Source: Vulcanimicrobiota bacterium (GTDB taxonomy: Bacteria; Vulcanimicrobiota; Xenobia; Xenobiales; JADMJV01). Taken from it: a stretch of DNA of 64,000 nucleotides. Numbering within the stretch: position 1 is the stretch's first letter; each line of letters begins with the position of its first letter. A program made the translations under genes and the position numbers. This document shows positions 42,815 through 51,738 of this stretch, in pieces. The notes under the pieces were generated by a model. It ran no database searches and was not told the origin of the DNA. It was given only the letters and a program-made list of their open reading frames with translations. The stretch lies in contig JBFWNU010000004.1 in NCBI GenBank assembly GCA_050250895.1, positions 32,001-96,000 of the forward strand, given 5' to 3'.

Positions 42815-44510
42815 TTCACCCCGAGAAATCGCGGGGTTGAACCCGGATCTAGCCACGTCACCCCGAGAAATCGCGGGGTGAACCCGGTTTCGGCCCCTTC
42901 ACCCCGAGAATCGCGGGGTGAACCCGGTTTCGGCCCCTTCACCCCGAGAAATCGCGGGGTGAACCCGGTTTCGGCCCCTTCACCCCGAGAATCGCGGGGT
43001 TGAACCCGGATCTAGCCACGTCACCCCCTAGAATCGCGGGGTGAACCCGGTTTCGGCCCCTTCACCCCGAGAATCGCGGGGTGAACCCGGTTTTAGCCCC
43101 TTCACCTTCACCCCGAGAAATCGCGGGGTGAACCCGGTTTCGGCCCCTTCACCCCGAGAATCGCGGGGTGAACCCGGTTTTAGCCACTTCACCCCGAGAA
43201 ATCGCGGGGTTGAACCCGGATCTAGCCACGTCACCCCCTAGAATCGCGGGGTGAACCCGGTTTGAGCCCCTTCACCCCGAGAATCGCGGGGTGAACCCGG
43301 TTTCGGCCCCTTCCCCCCGAGAAATCGCGGGGTGAACCCGGTTTCGGCCCCTTCACCCCGAGAATCGCGGGGTGAACCCCGGCCCGGCCCAACCCTCGAG
43401 TTGAGCGACAGCTCAACTCGCTCCCCTCTCGGAGCCCTGCTCCGCTCCCCTCTCCGCGAAGCGGCTCCCTTCTCGACGGCGCAGCCGTCGCTCCCCGTCG
43501 GCCGCAGGCCGAGAATCGCTGGGTGAACCCGGTTTTAGCCACTTCACCCCGAGAAATCGCGGGGTGAACCCGGTTTTAGCCCCTTCACCCCGAGAAATCG
43601 CGGGGTGAACCCGGTTTCGGCCCCTTCACCCCGAGAATCGCGGGGTGAACCCGGTTTTAGCCCCTTCACCCCGAGAAATCGCGGTGTGAACCCGGTTTCG
43701 GCCCCTTCACCCCGAGAAATCGCGGGGTGAACCCGGTTTCGGCCCCTTCACCCCGAGAATCGCGGGGTGAACCCCGGCCCGGCCCAACCCTCGAGTTGAG
43801 CGACAGCTCAACTCGCTCCCCTCTCGGAGCCCTGCTCCGCTCCCCTCTCCGCGAAGCGGCTCCCTTCTCGACGGCGCAGCCGTCGCTCCCCGTCGGCCGC
43901 AGGCCGAGAATCGCTGGGTGAACCCGGTTTTAGCCACTTCACCCCGAGAAATCGCGGGGTGAACCCGGTTTTAGCCCCTTCACCCCGAGAAATCGCGGGG
44001 TGAACCCGGTTTCGGCCCCTTCACCCCGAGAATCGCGGGGTGAACCCGGTTTTAGCCCCTTCACCCCGAGAAATCGCGGTGTGAACCCGGTTTCGGCCCC
44101 TTCACCCCGAGAAATCGCGGGGTGAACCCGGTTTCGGCCCCTTCACCCCGAGAATCGCGGGGTGAACCCGGTTTTAGCCACTTCACCCCGAGAAATCGCG
44201 GGGTTGAACCCGGATCTAGCCACGTCACCCCCTAGAATCGCGGGGTGAACCCGGTTTGAGCCCTTCACCCCGAGAATCGCGGGGTGAACCCGGTTTCGGC
44301 CCCTTCACCCCGAGAAATCGCGGGGTGAACCCGGTTTCGGCCCCTTCACCCGAGAATCGCGGGGTGAACCCCGGCCCGGCCAACCCTCGAGTTGAGCGAC
44401 AGCTCAACTCGCTCCCCTCTCCGCGAAGCGGCTCCTTTCTCGACGGCGCAGCCGTCGCTCCCCGTCGGCCGCAGGCCGAAAGCGCTCCCCGTCGGCCGAA
44501 AGCGCTCCCC
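42815..44510. repeat. non-coding tandem array of palindromic 40-43 bp units (REP/BIME-like)
   Basis: About 31 full plus 2 partial copies of TTCACCCCGAGAA(A)TCGCGGGGTGAACCCGGTTT(CG/TA)GCCCC; 395-bp higher-order duplication. Confidence 0.97.
43397..43512. repeat. five-hairpin cassette, copy 1 (other copies at 43792-43907 and 44388-44479)
   Basis: Five perfect stems joined by CTCCCCTCT, CTCCCCTCT, CTCCCTTCT and CTCCCCG; the third copy lacks hairpin 2. Confidence 0.92.
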
Positions 44511-44540
44511 GCTTGCCAAAGCCACCGACTTAGGCTATGA

Positions 44541-44554
44541 TTCACACGTGTGAA
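44541..44554. promoter_or_regulatory. candidate LacI-family operator TTCACACGTGTGAA
   Basis: Perfect 14-bp palindrome with central CG, abutting a TATGAT -10, ahead of the HAD-LacI operon. Confidence 0.7.
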
Positions 44555-44577
44555 ACCTCTGAAAGGAGGAGTTACCG

Positions 44578-45402
44578 ATGAGTAATAAGCCTGTGAAGCG
44601 CATCCTGGTCGCTTCCGATTTCGACAAGACCCTGAGCTTTAACGACTCGGGGCAGATCCTCAGCGACATGCTGGGAGCCGAGAACTTCGAGAAGAAAGTG
44701 TCCGGCCTATCCAAGATCAACATCGTCCAGCAGGGGGCCGAACTCGCCTATCTGCTGCGCCACGACCCCGACTTCCGCTGCGTGCGGCGCGATTTATTGG
44801 GCGAAGTGGGCCGCCAGGTCCAACTCAAACGCAACGTGCGCGAATTCGTCAATTTTCTCAGCGCCGGTGTGGAGGGTTTCCATTTCGACTTTCGCGTGAT
44901 CTCGGCCGCCCCTAGCGAGGTGGTGCGCTCCGCCCTGGAAGGCATCGTCGAGCCCGAGCATGTCCTGGGCACCGAGTTCGACTTTGACGAGCAGGGAGAG
45001 ATCTCGGCCATCCGCCGGGCCGCCGCCGGCTACGGCAAGGTGGTCATCTTGCAAGAACTCGAGGCCGACCTGGGAGTGCGACCCGACCATGTCGTCTACG
45101 TCGGCGACGGCAGTTCGGACCTGCACGTCATGATGCACGTCAACCAGACCGAGGGCCTGACCATCGGGGTCTCGCAGACTCAATACATCGTGCGAACAGC
45201 CCGCAGAACCATCTTGAGTGACAATGCCATGGCGGTGCTAGTTCCGATCCTCGAAGAGATCGTGCACATGCCAAGCCATGAGATCCGCGATGCCTTCGAG
45301 CGTCACGGCCTGCTGCTCACCGACTGGGAGCGGGCCCGCACCGATTGGCTCACCATCGACGAAGTGCCAGCTCCACCGCTGGCGAATGCGAGTGTATTAT
45401 GA
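44578..45402 (+). CDS. HAD-superfamily hydrolase
   Basis: DFDKT (motif I), ISA, GK and YVGDGSSD; AGGAGG RBS. Confidence 0.9.
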   Translation: MSNKPVKRILVASDFDKTLSFNDSGQILSDMLGAENFEKKVSGLSKINIVQQGAELAYLLRHDPDFRCVRRDLLGEVGRQVQLKRNVREFVNFLSAGVEGFHFDFRVISAAPSEVVRSALEGIVEPEHVLGTEFDFDEQGEISAIRRAAAGYGKVVILQELEADLGVRPDHVVYVGDGSSDLHVMMHVNQTEGLTIGVSQTQYIVRTARRTILSDNAMAVLVPILEEIVHMPSHEIRDAFERHGLLLTDWERARTDWLTIDEVPAPPLANASVL

Positions 45403-46394
45403 CCAGAGTCACCATCAAGACCATCGCCGAAGAAGTGGGAGTCACCCACGGCACCGTCTCGCGCGCCTTGCGCGGCGATAGCCGAGTGCGTTCCGAGACG
45501 GCCGAGGCCGTGCAAGAGGCGGCCGAGCGCCTGGGCTATCGTCCCAGCCGCTCGGCTCGAGCTCTGCGCACGCGGCGCACCGGCAATCTGGCCATCGTGG
45601 TCAGCTATGTCCACGATCCGTTCTATTCCGAGGTGGTCCAGGCCATCCACGACCGCCTCTTCCCCCTCCACTACAACCTGTTCATGGCCGCCACCGAGTT
45701 CGACCTCGAACGCCAGGCCGAGGTGGCTCGCACCCTGGGCGAAGAGCTGGTCGACGGAGCCTTTGTCTGCTGTCTTCCCGGCATGACGCCCCCCTTCCAG
45801 AAACTGGCCCAGACGGTGCCGCTGGTTACCATCAACTGCGATCCGACCATCTATCCCTACGGGGTGGTCCATCAAGATCGCGAGGCGATGCGTCTGTGCT
45901 ATCAGTATCTGCTCGAGCGAGGCCACCGCAAGATCGGCTACCTGGGCGCGGTCAACGGCGGCAACGCCGAACGCGCCCGACGCGGCGCTTTCACCGACGC
46001 GGCCGCGGGCATGGCCGTGCCGGCCTTGATGCGAAGCGCCGAAGACGTCAAGGTCGAGGCCGGCGAGGCGGCCATGCGAACCTGGCTCGATCAGGGAGTC
46101 AACGACATGACCGCTCTCATCTGCTTTAACGACACGGTGGCCATCGGAGCCATGAAGGCCTGCGCCGAAGCGGGGGTCAAAGTTCCCGAGGAACTCTCGG
46201 TTGTGGGCTTTGACGACATCGAGATGGCCAGTTACGTTCGGCCGGCCTTGACCACATTCAGCCAGCCCCGCTACGAGATGGGTCGGGCTGCCACCGAGAT
46301 GATGATGGCCCTGTTGGCCGGCAAGAGCCCCCCTGCTCCGGCTCGATTTCTCGGCAAGCTGGTCGAACGCGAGAGTGTGGCCAACGCGATCTAG
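45399..46394 (+). CDS. LacI-family transcriptional regulator
   Basis: TIKTIAEEVGVTHGTVSRAL..LGYRP..VPEELSVVGFDD..PALTT; ATGA coupling. Confidence 0.95.
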   Translation: MTRVTIKTIAEEVGVTHGTVSRALRGDSRVRSETAEAVQEAAERLGYRPSRSARALRTRRTGNLAIVVSYVHDPFYSEVVQAIHDRLFPLHYNLFMAATEFDLERQAEVARTLGEELVDGAFVCCLPGMTPPFQKLAQTVPLVTINCDPTIYPYGVVHQDREAMRLCYQYLLERGHRKIGYLGAVNGGNAERARRGAFTDAAAGMAVPALMRSAEDVKVEAGEAAMRTWLDQGVNDMTALICFNDTVAIGAMKACAEAGVKVPEELSVVGFDDIEMASYVRPALTTFSQPRYEMGRAATEMMMALLAGKSPPAPARFLGKLVERESVANAI

Positions 46395-46469
46395 ACCAGG
46401 GCCTCTGTCTGAGCGAAGGTTGAAGAGCCCGCTGTGCGAATCTTCGACCATCAAGTCTCGGGAGGCTCT

Positions 46470-46874
46470 ATGACCAGAAAACTGACGACCGCGGCACTGA
46501 CGACTCTGCTCGCTTTATGCCTGTGTGGCCAGGCCTTCGCCTACAACGCCGGCGGAACGTGGCGTTCCACCTCTGGGACCATGGTCTACATCGATCCCTA
46601 CTTCAACGTCGGGCTGCGAGGCGCTAACGGCGCGGTTTACAACGGACAGGGCTGGTGGGTCAACGGCATGACCGGCCTGCAGTTCCAGTATTCGCTCGCG
46701 GGTATGGATGGCTGGGCCACGGCCACCTTTCTCGACAACAACAATTTGAGGGTTGTGTCCTATCAGGGCACAGTCAGCCACTGGCGACGAATCGCCGGCC
46801 GCGGCGGCGAAGAGCAGGTGAACCCGCCGACCAGCTGGTTCACCGAGGCGGCCACCAAGGCCAACCCCGACTAA
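46470..46874 (+). CDS. secreted hypothetical protein
   Basis: GGAGG RBS; signal peptide ending AFA. Confidence 0.75.
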   Translation: MTRKLTTAALTTLLALCLCGQAFAYNAGGTWRSTSGTMVYIDPYFNVGLRGANGAVYNGQGWWVNGMTGLQFQYSLAGMDGWATATFLDNNNLRVVSYQGTVSHWRRIAGRGGEEQVNPPTSWFTEAATKANPD

Positions 46875-47030
46875 GGGTCTGTCAGGGATTAAGAGTAGCA
46901 TTCCCGGTGTCGAGACACCCCGTTGCAAGGCGCGTCTGACCACGCATATCGGCAATATGTAAGGGAAGCGCAACGCAGCCACGGGGATCGATCGGCGCCG
47001 CGAATGCACGAGTTATTGCCTGACAGGCCC
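46875..47030. mobile_element. 156-bp MITE-like element
   Basis: Terminal inverted repeats GGGTCTGTCAGG / CCTGACAGGCCC (11/12), flanked by TAA on both sides (46872-46874 and 47031-47033). Confidence 0.75.
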
Positions 47031-48163
47031 TAACCCAGATGACGCTCCAGGTAGCCACGGTCAACGCGCTTGGGGCGTCTTTCTGCCACCAGCAGGTCCA
47101 ATTCTCGCAGCTCATGCTGAATGCCCCAGGCACCGAAGCCGCTGGCGGCCGCCCGCTCGGCCAAGAAGCTTCTTGCGCTTTGGGAAACGCCAAGCTCGGC
47201 GAGCCAGGGGCAGCACTGATCCGTCAGCAGAGCCACCAGGTCGTTGGCTGTTGGATCGGGCAGAAACAGCTTCAGTGGCATCCGCGCCAGCACCGCCTGC
47301 GGCAACCCGAGTTCCAGCAGAACCTCGCTAGAGCATACCGTCTGGGACCGGGGCAACCGCAATACACCTACGAACAGGATGCCCCGGGTAGGAAGCTCCC
47401 CCTCACCGCCCTCCACCATCGTGCCGTCCAGAAACCTGAGCAGTTCGGCCCAGACGGCGCCCCGCATAGGGTCGGGCTGTAACCAGCTCTCTGAACCCAG
47501 ATGATGCGCGACCGAACCTTGTCTTGCGACGCTATCACGCCCAACTGCTGCGTCGCAGTCACCGCTGCGGTGCTCAAATATGACTCGATATTATCCGCTC
47601 CTCGCGGCGCCTGCTCCTTGCATTTGAGCGCGCTATCGCCGCAATCCTGCGGCCCGGCTACGCATCATCTGGGTTAAATTATCGAGCACTACCACTCCCG
47701 AGGTGGCCACAGCGCTCAGTTCGCCCTCCCGAAGCAGAGCGTAAGTCAGCAGCTCGAGGGATGAGCCCCGGTGGCCCGTGGCCGTCAACGAGGTCACGTC
47801 GACCACTGCCGTCGGAGCCAACCGGCGCAGGGAGGTGGCCAGACTGGTCTTGCCCGAGCCGCACCCGCCGGCGATGATGGCGTGATGGCGAGCCCCCTCG
47901 AAACCCGGCAGCAGGGCAGGTCTGGCCAGGGCACGGGCAAGCTTGCGAGAGGGCCCGATCAGACTGGGCAAGTCGAGGTCTTCGGCCAGGATGTCGGCTG
48001 GATTGCCTGATTTAAGCAAGGGTGGCATACCCAGCATCCGCGCGGCCGTCTGGGCACAAGCAGGACAAACCATGCCGTGAGCCCCGGCAACCACCCGTTC
48101 GAAAGTGTGGCAACACAGACTGCAGCGAAAATGGCCGCTATGCTCGACAAACAGAGCCATCAC
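47030..48163 (-). pseudogene. divergent ClpX-like AAA+ gene interrupted by an insertion
   Basis: C4 zinc finger, GGCGSGKT, DVTSLTATGHRG and VVVLDN in 48163-47633; ELLRFLDGT, TRGILFV, LARMP and GAWGI in 47467-47030; both parts in the same frame. Confidence 0.75.
47495..47674. mobile_element. 180-bp MITE-like or invertible element inside the ClpX-like gene
   Basis: Perfect IR ACCCAGATGATGCG (47495-47508) / CGCATCATCTGGGT (47661-47674); flanks TGA and TAA form an imperfect 3-bp duplication. Confidence 0.75.
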
Positions 48164-48233
48164 GACTCATTACGCCTTGACCCGACCGACCTCCTACGAG
48201 GATGGCGCCCGGCCGTGTTCGAAGCGGTGAAGC

Positions 48234-49085
48234 ATGAACATCGGCAAACTCGGAGTCTTTCTCTTCAACGATTCAATGACCGCTCAGCACACCGCCGACC
48301 TGGCCCGCAAGGCAGAGCAATGGGGCTATGGCGCCTACTGGTTCACCGAGGCCCGCGGCCGCAACAGCTTCGCCCACGCGGCCTGGCTGCTCTCTCAGAC
48401 CAGCAAACTGGTAGTTGCCACCGGTATAGCCAACATCTACGCCCGCGACGCCCAGGCCACGGCCGGCGCCCGCTACGCCCTCAACGAACAATCTGACAAC
48501 CGCTTCTTGCTCGGCCTCGGAGTCTCGCACGCTCCCCTGGTGGAAGGGCTGCGGGGCCATAATTACGGCAAGCCGCTGGCCTTCATGCGCGAGTACCTCG
48601 AAAAGATGAGTCAGGCCGTCTACGACGCCCCCAAGCCGACTGGTGACAGCCAGGTCGTGCTGGCCGCCCTCGGCCCCAAGATGCTAAAGCTAGCCGGCGA
48701 GATGGCCGACGGAGCCCACCCCTACAACGTCACTCCCGAGCATACCGCCCAGGCCCGCAAAATTCTCGGGCCAAATAAGAAGCTCTACGTCGAACACAAA
48801 GTCATGCTCGAGACCGACCCGGCCAAAGCCCGGGCGGCCGGCCGTCAGGCCCTCGACTTCTATTGTAAGTTACCCAACTATCGCAACAACTGGCTCCGAC
48901 TGGGATTCACAGAAGACGACATCGACAGCCTGTCGGATCGCTTCATCGACGCCATGGTGGCCTGGGGCGACGAAGAAGCCGTGCGCGCCAAGCTTGACGA
49001 GCATTTTCAGGCCGGAGCCGACCATGTTTGCATCCAGCCTCTGACCGACGTCGAGAAGACGCTGCAAAGATTGGCTCCGGGCTAA
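48234..49085 (+). CDS. LLM-class (probably F420-dependent) oxidoreductase
   Basis: VATGIANIYARD, RFLLGLGVSHAP, LAALGPKML and DGAHPY. Confidence 0.9.
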   Translation: MNIGKLGVFLFNDSMTAQHTADLARKAEQWGYGAYWFTEARGRNSFAHAAWLLSQTSKLVVATGIANIYARDAQATAGARYALNEQSDNRFLLGLGVSHAPLVEGLRGHNYGKPLAFMREYLEKMSQAVYDAPKPTGDSQVVLAALGPKMLKLAGEMADGAHPYNVTPEHTAQARKILGPNKKLYVEHKVMLETDPAKARAAGRQALDFYCKLPNYRNNWLRLGFTEDDIDSLSDRFIDAMVAWGDEEAVRAKLDEHFQAGADHVCIQPLTDVEKTLQRLAPG

Positions 49086-49726
49086 TGGGCAAAGCCATCG
49101 CCGCCGTAGTCGTGCTGCTGGTGGGCTTTCTGGCCTACCGCTTCATGGCCAATCTCGCCGACCCGGTCCCTTTGAAGAACCTCGAGGTGGTGCATCCGGT
49201 CGGGCCGCTGGCGGCGCTGTCGGCCAAGAGCGCTCCCGAACAGCACCGTCTCTATTTCTCGCAGACTTTCCAGTTCAGTCCCTTCTATCGCCTCAAGCCA
49301 TTGGCCACCTATCGCCTCGAGGCCCGGGTGCTCAGCGCCCGCGATTATAGCAAAGAACGCAGCGCCGAAGCCCAGCTCTCGCCGGTGGACTTTGCTCTCG
49401 GGTGGGGAGTCATGGCCGAGCCCCGCATCGCCCGCAACATTCCCATTTCGCAAGACCACCGATTCTATCACTTTACCAGTCCCGGCAATCCCGATGTCGA
49501 TACCGTGGCCAGGCATAGCGCCAACACCCACATGGTGCCCATCAACGACGAGGTCCACAAACAGTTGATGCAGGTCGAGAAGGGGGATCTCCTCCGCCTG
49601 CGGGGCTATCTGGTCAAAGTGGTCGGAGATGACGGCTGGACCTGGAAGAGTTCGCTGACCCGTTCAGACACGGGCGGAGGTGCCTGCGAACTGATGCTGG
49701 TGGCCGAGATGTCTAAAGAGGAGTGA
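49085..49726 (+). CDS. membrane-anchored conserved hypothetical protein
   Basis: N-terminal TM; SPVDFALGWG, SANTHMVP and SSLTRSDTGGGACE; TAATG coupling. Confidence 0.75.
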   Translation: MGKAIAAVVVLLVGFLAYRFMANLADPVPLKNLEVVHPVGPLAALSAKSAPEQHRLYFSQTFQFSPFYRLKPLATYRLEARVLSARDYSKERSAEAQLSPVDFALGWGVMAEPRIARNIPISQDHRFYHFTSPGNPDVDTVARHSANTHMVPINDEVHKQLMQVEKGDLLRLRGYLVKVVGDDGWTWKSSLTRSDTGGGACELMLVAEMSKEE

Positions 49727-50453
49727 TTCGCCCCAAAAAGAGGCGGCTGTCGTATTCGAAGCGCACCAGGCCGTCTTGCTGGTGGAGGGCGAAGATCTCG
49801 GCCAGGCGAGCCATCATCGGCTCATAGTTCGGGTGTCCCTGGCGGGGCACATAAGAGCAGGACATCAGGCGCCCTACCAGTCCATTCCAGTCCAGAGTTT
49901 GGTGGTTGTCTACCACCACCGTCTCGTAGTCGTCAAACCAGCCGTCCAAATGCTCCTCGAAGACGAGGCGATGGCCCACCTCTTCATAGTCTAGCCCGTA
50001 GCGCAAAAGCATCGCCTCATAATCGGTCAATAGGGGGGTCGAAGAGCGACGGTCGTTCCAGATCAGGGCCACCCGACCATCCGGCTTCAAGATGCGAGCG
50101 AACTCGGCCCTGGTCTCGGCGGGACGAAACCAGTGAAAGGCCTGAGCGGCCGTGACCAGGTCGACGCTCTGGTCCAGCAGGCCGGTGGATTCGGCCGTGC
50201 CGTCGTGGCTGTGGAAGCGCTGGTGGTGACCCAGTTTGGCCTCGGCGGCCGCCCGCATCTGGGGATTGGGTTCAAGGGCAAAAACATGCGCTCCGGCTTC
50301 GAGCAGACGGCGCGTCAGGATGCCGGTGCCCGAGCCCACATCAGCCACCTGCTTGCCCTCGACCTCGAGAGCATCGACGATGGCCTGGGGATAGTCGGGG
50401 CGATAGAGGTCGTAAATCGAAGCGGTCTCGCCAAAGCGGGCGGTCGAGTCCAT
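49713..50453 (-). CDS. class I SAM-dependent methyltransferase
   Basis: YRPDYP, ADVGSGTG and AAQAFHWF. Confidence 0.93.
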   Translation of the reverse strand: MDSTARFGETASIYDLYRPDYPQAIVDALEVEGKQVADVGSGTGILTRRLLEAGAHVFALEPNPQMRAAAEAKLGHHQRFHSHDGTAESTGLLDQSVDLVTAAQAFHWFRPAETRAEFARILKPDGRVALIWNDRRSSTPLLTDYEAMLLRYGLDYEEVGHRLVFEEHLDGWFDDYETVVVDNHQTLDWNGLVGRLMSCSYVPRQGHPNYEPMMARLAEIFALHQQDGLVRFEYDSRLFLGRITPL

Positions 50454-51265
50454 CAGAAGTGCACCGTGACCGAGCCAACCTGGAGATAGTCCTCACCCGT
50501 CTCGAGCGTCAATCGGCTAGCCTCTTGGGGCTCGAGCAGCTTGGAGGCTTTCACCTGGCAAGTGCTACCATCGTCGAGGTGTAGCACGAAACTGTCGTCT
50601 CCGGCCTGGGCGCCGGTGATAGGGTGCTCACATTCGAAGACGCCCTGTTCTTTAAGGGAGGCGTCGAGCAGGGTGAAGTGCCTATCCTGGTAGATTCCGA
50701 CACCGTCGGGACCGGCCACCAAGTGACCTTGCCGAGGCGCGGGGCCCTCGCTGAGCAAGCGCCCGTCCTCGAGGGCAAAACGTCGGAGCTTATCTTTGTC
50801 GAGAGTCACCAGTTCCTCGCCATTGACGGCAAACTCTCGGCCTTTGCCCGACCAGCGGCGGGCGCCGGTCTCCACATCCAGAGCCTGGACATCACCAAAA
50901 GCCCGCGCGGCCAGCACCAACCCGGCTCCCGCCAGGGCCGGCGTGCCGATCAAAATATCTCCCAGCCCGACCTTCCAGCGACGATGACCGTTGTCACCGT
51001 TGAGCGCCATCAGGGTATAGTCCTTGGCGTCGAAGACCATCACCGTCTCGTCGGCCAGGACGGTGGGCTTGCGCATCATTGTCATGGGAAAGGTGCGCTT
51101 CCAGACGGGTTCTTCCTGGCCGCAGCGGCGGGCGAACAGGTCGTAGGTCTTCTGTTCTACCTCGAGCTCGGGCTGGATGGACGCCGGGCCCTGATGAGGT
51201 TCGGCTCGCAGCCGGGTCGGTCGGTCACCGAGCACCCGGCTGGCGGTATCAAAGTGGATGGACAC
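50453..51265 (-). CDS. PQQ-like beta-propeller repeat protein
   Basis: LMALNGDNGHRRW, VQALDVETGARRW and FALEDGRL repeats. Confidence 0.75.
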   Translation of the reverse strand: MSIHFDTASRVLGDRPTRLRAEPHQGPASIQPELEVEQKTYDLFARRCGQEEPVWKRTFPMTMMRKPTVLADETVMVFDAKDYTLMALNGDNGHRRWKVGLGDILIGTPALAGAGLVLAARAFGDVQALDVETGARRWSGKGREFAVNGEELVTLDKDKLRRFALEDGRLLSEGPAPRQGHLVAGPDGVGIYQDRHFTLLDASLKEQGVFECEHPITGAQAGDDSFVLHLDDGSTCQVKASKLLEPQEASRLTLETGEDYLQVGSVTVHF

Positions 51266-51305
51266 GCCCTGAACTTAGGTCACGGTCCTGAAACGACACT
51301 GAAAG

Positions 51306-51701
51306 TCACTCCACCATCGTCTTGTAGTCATTGACCAGATCCATAGTGGTGACGATGCCCACCGGAAAGCCGTGGCGGGTGACCACCATCCGGTGGACTC
51401 CGGCCGACTGCATCACCTCGATGGTGTCGCCCACCGAATCCTCGGGAGCCACCTGGAAGACGAAGGGAGTCATCACGTCGGCCGCGGTGTACTCGGCCGG
51501 ATCCTTCGCCTGTCCGGCGGTCTCGGCCCAATGCCGGGCAACGTCCGAGCGACTCACCATTCCGAGCAAGCGCCCCTGGCGGTCCACCACCGGGGCCCCG
51601 GCGATCCCCTGCTCCATGAAGTCGGCGATCAGATTGGGCACCGGGGTCGAAGCCTCGACCAGGATGACGATGGGATTCATGATGTCTTTGACTTGCTTCA
51701 T
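51306..51701 (-). CDS. CBS domain pair protein
   Basis: VKDIMN..GAPVVD..GRLLGMVS and AADVMT..VGIVTTMDL. Confidence 0.92.
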   Translation of the reverse strand: MKQVKDIMNPIVILVEASTPVPNLIADFMEQGIAGAPVVDRQGRLLGMVSRSDVARHWAETAGQAKDPAEYTAADVMTPFVFQVAPEDSVGDTIEVMQSAGVHRMVVTRHGFPVGIVTTMDLVNDYKTMVE

Positions 51702-51738
51702 TACGCTGCTACTTTACGGGTCAATATCAAGGAATGCA

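Noticed and set aside
42815-44510. CRISPR array call
   Set aside because: Inter-hairpin segments are only about 15 nt and recur rather than being unique; no AT-rich leader and no cas genes in the window
42685-44545. Short ORFs across the repeat array
   Set aside because: Unit lengths shift the frame and translations are repeat-derived; not credible CDS
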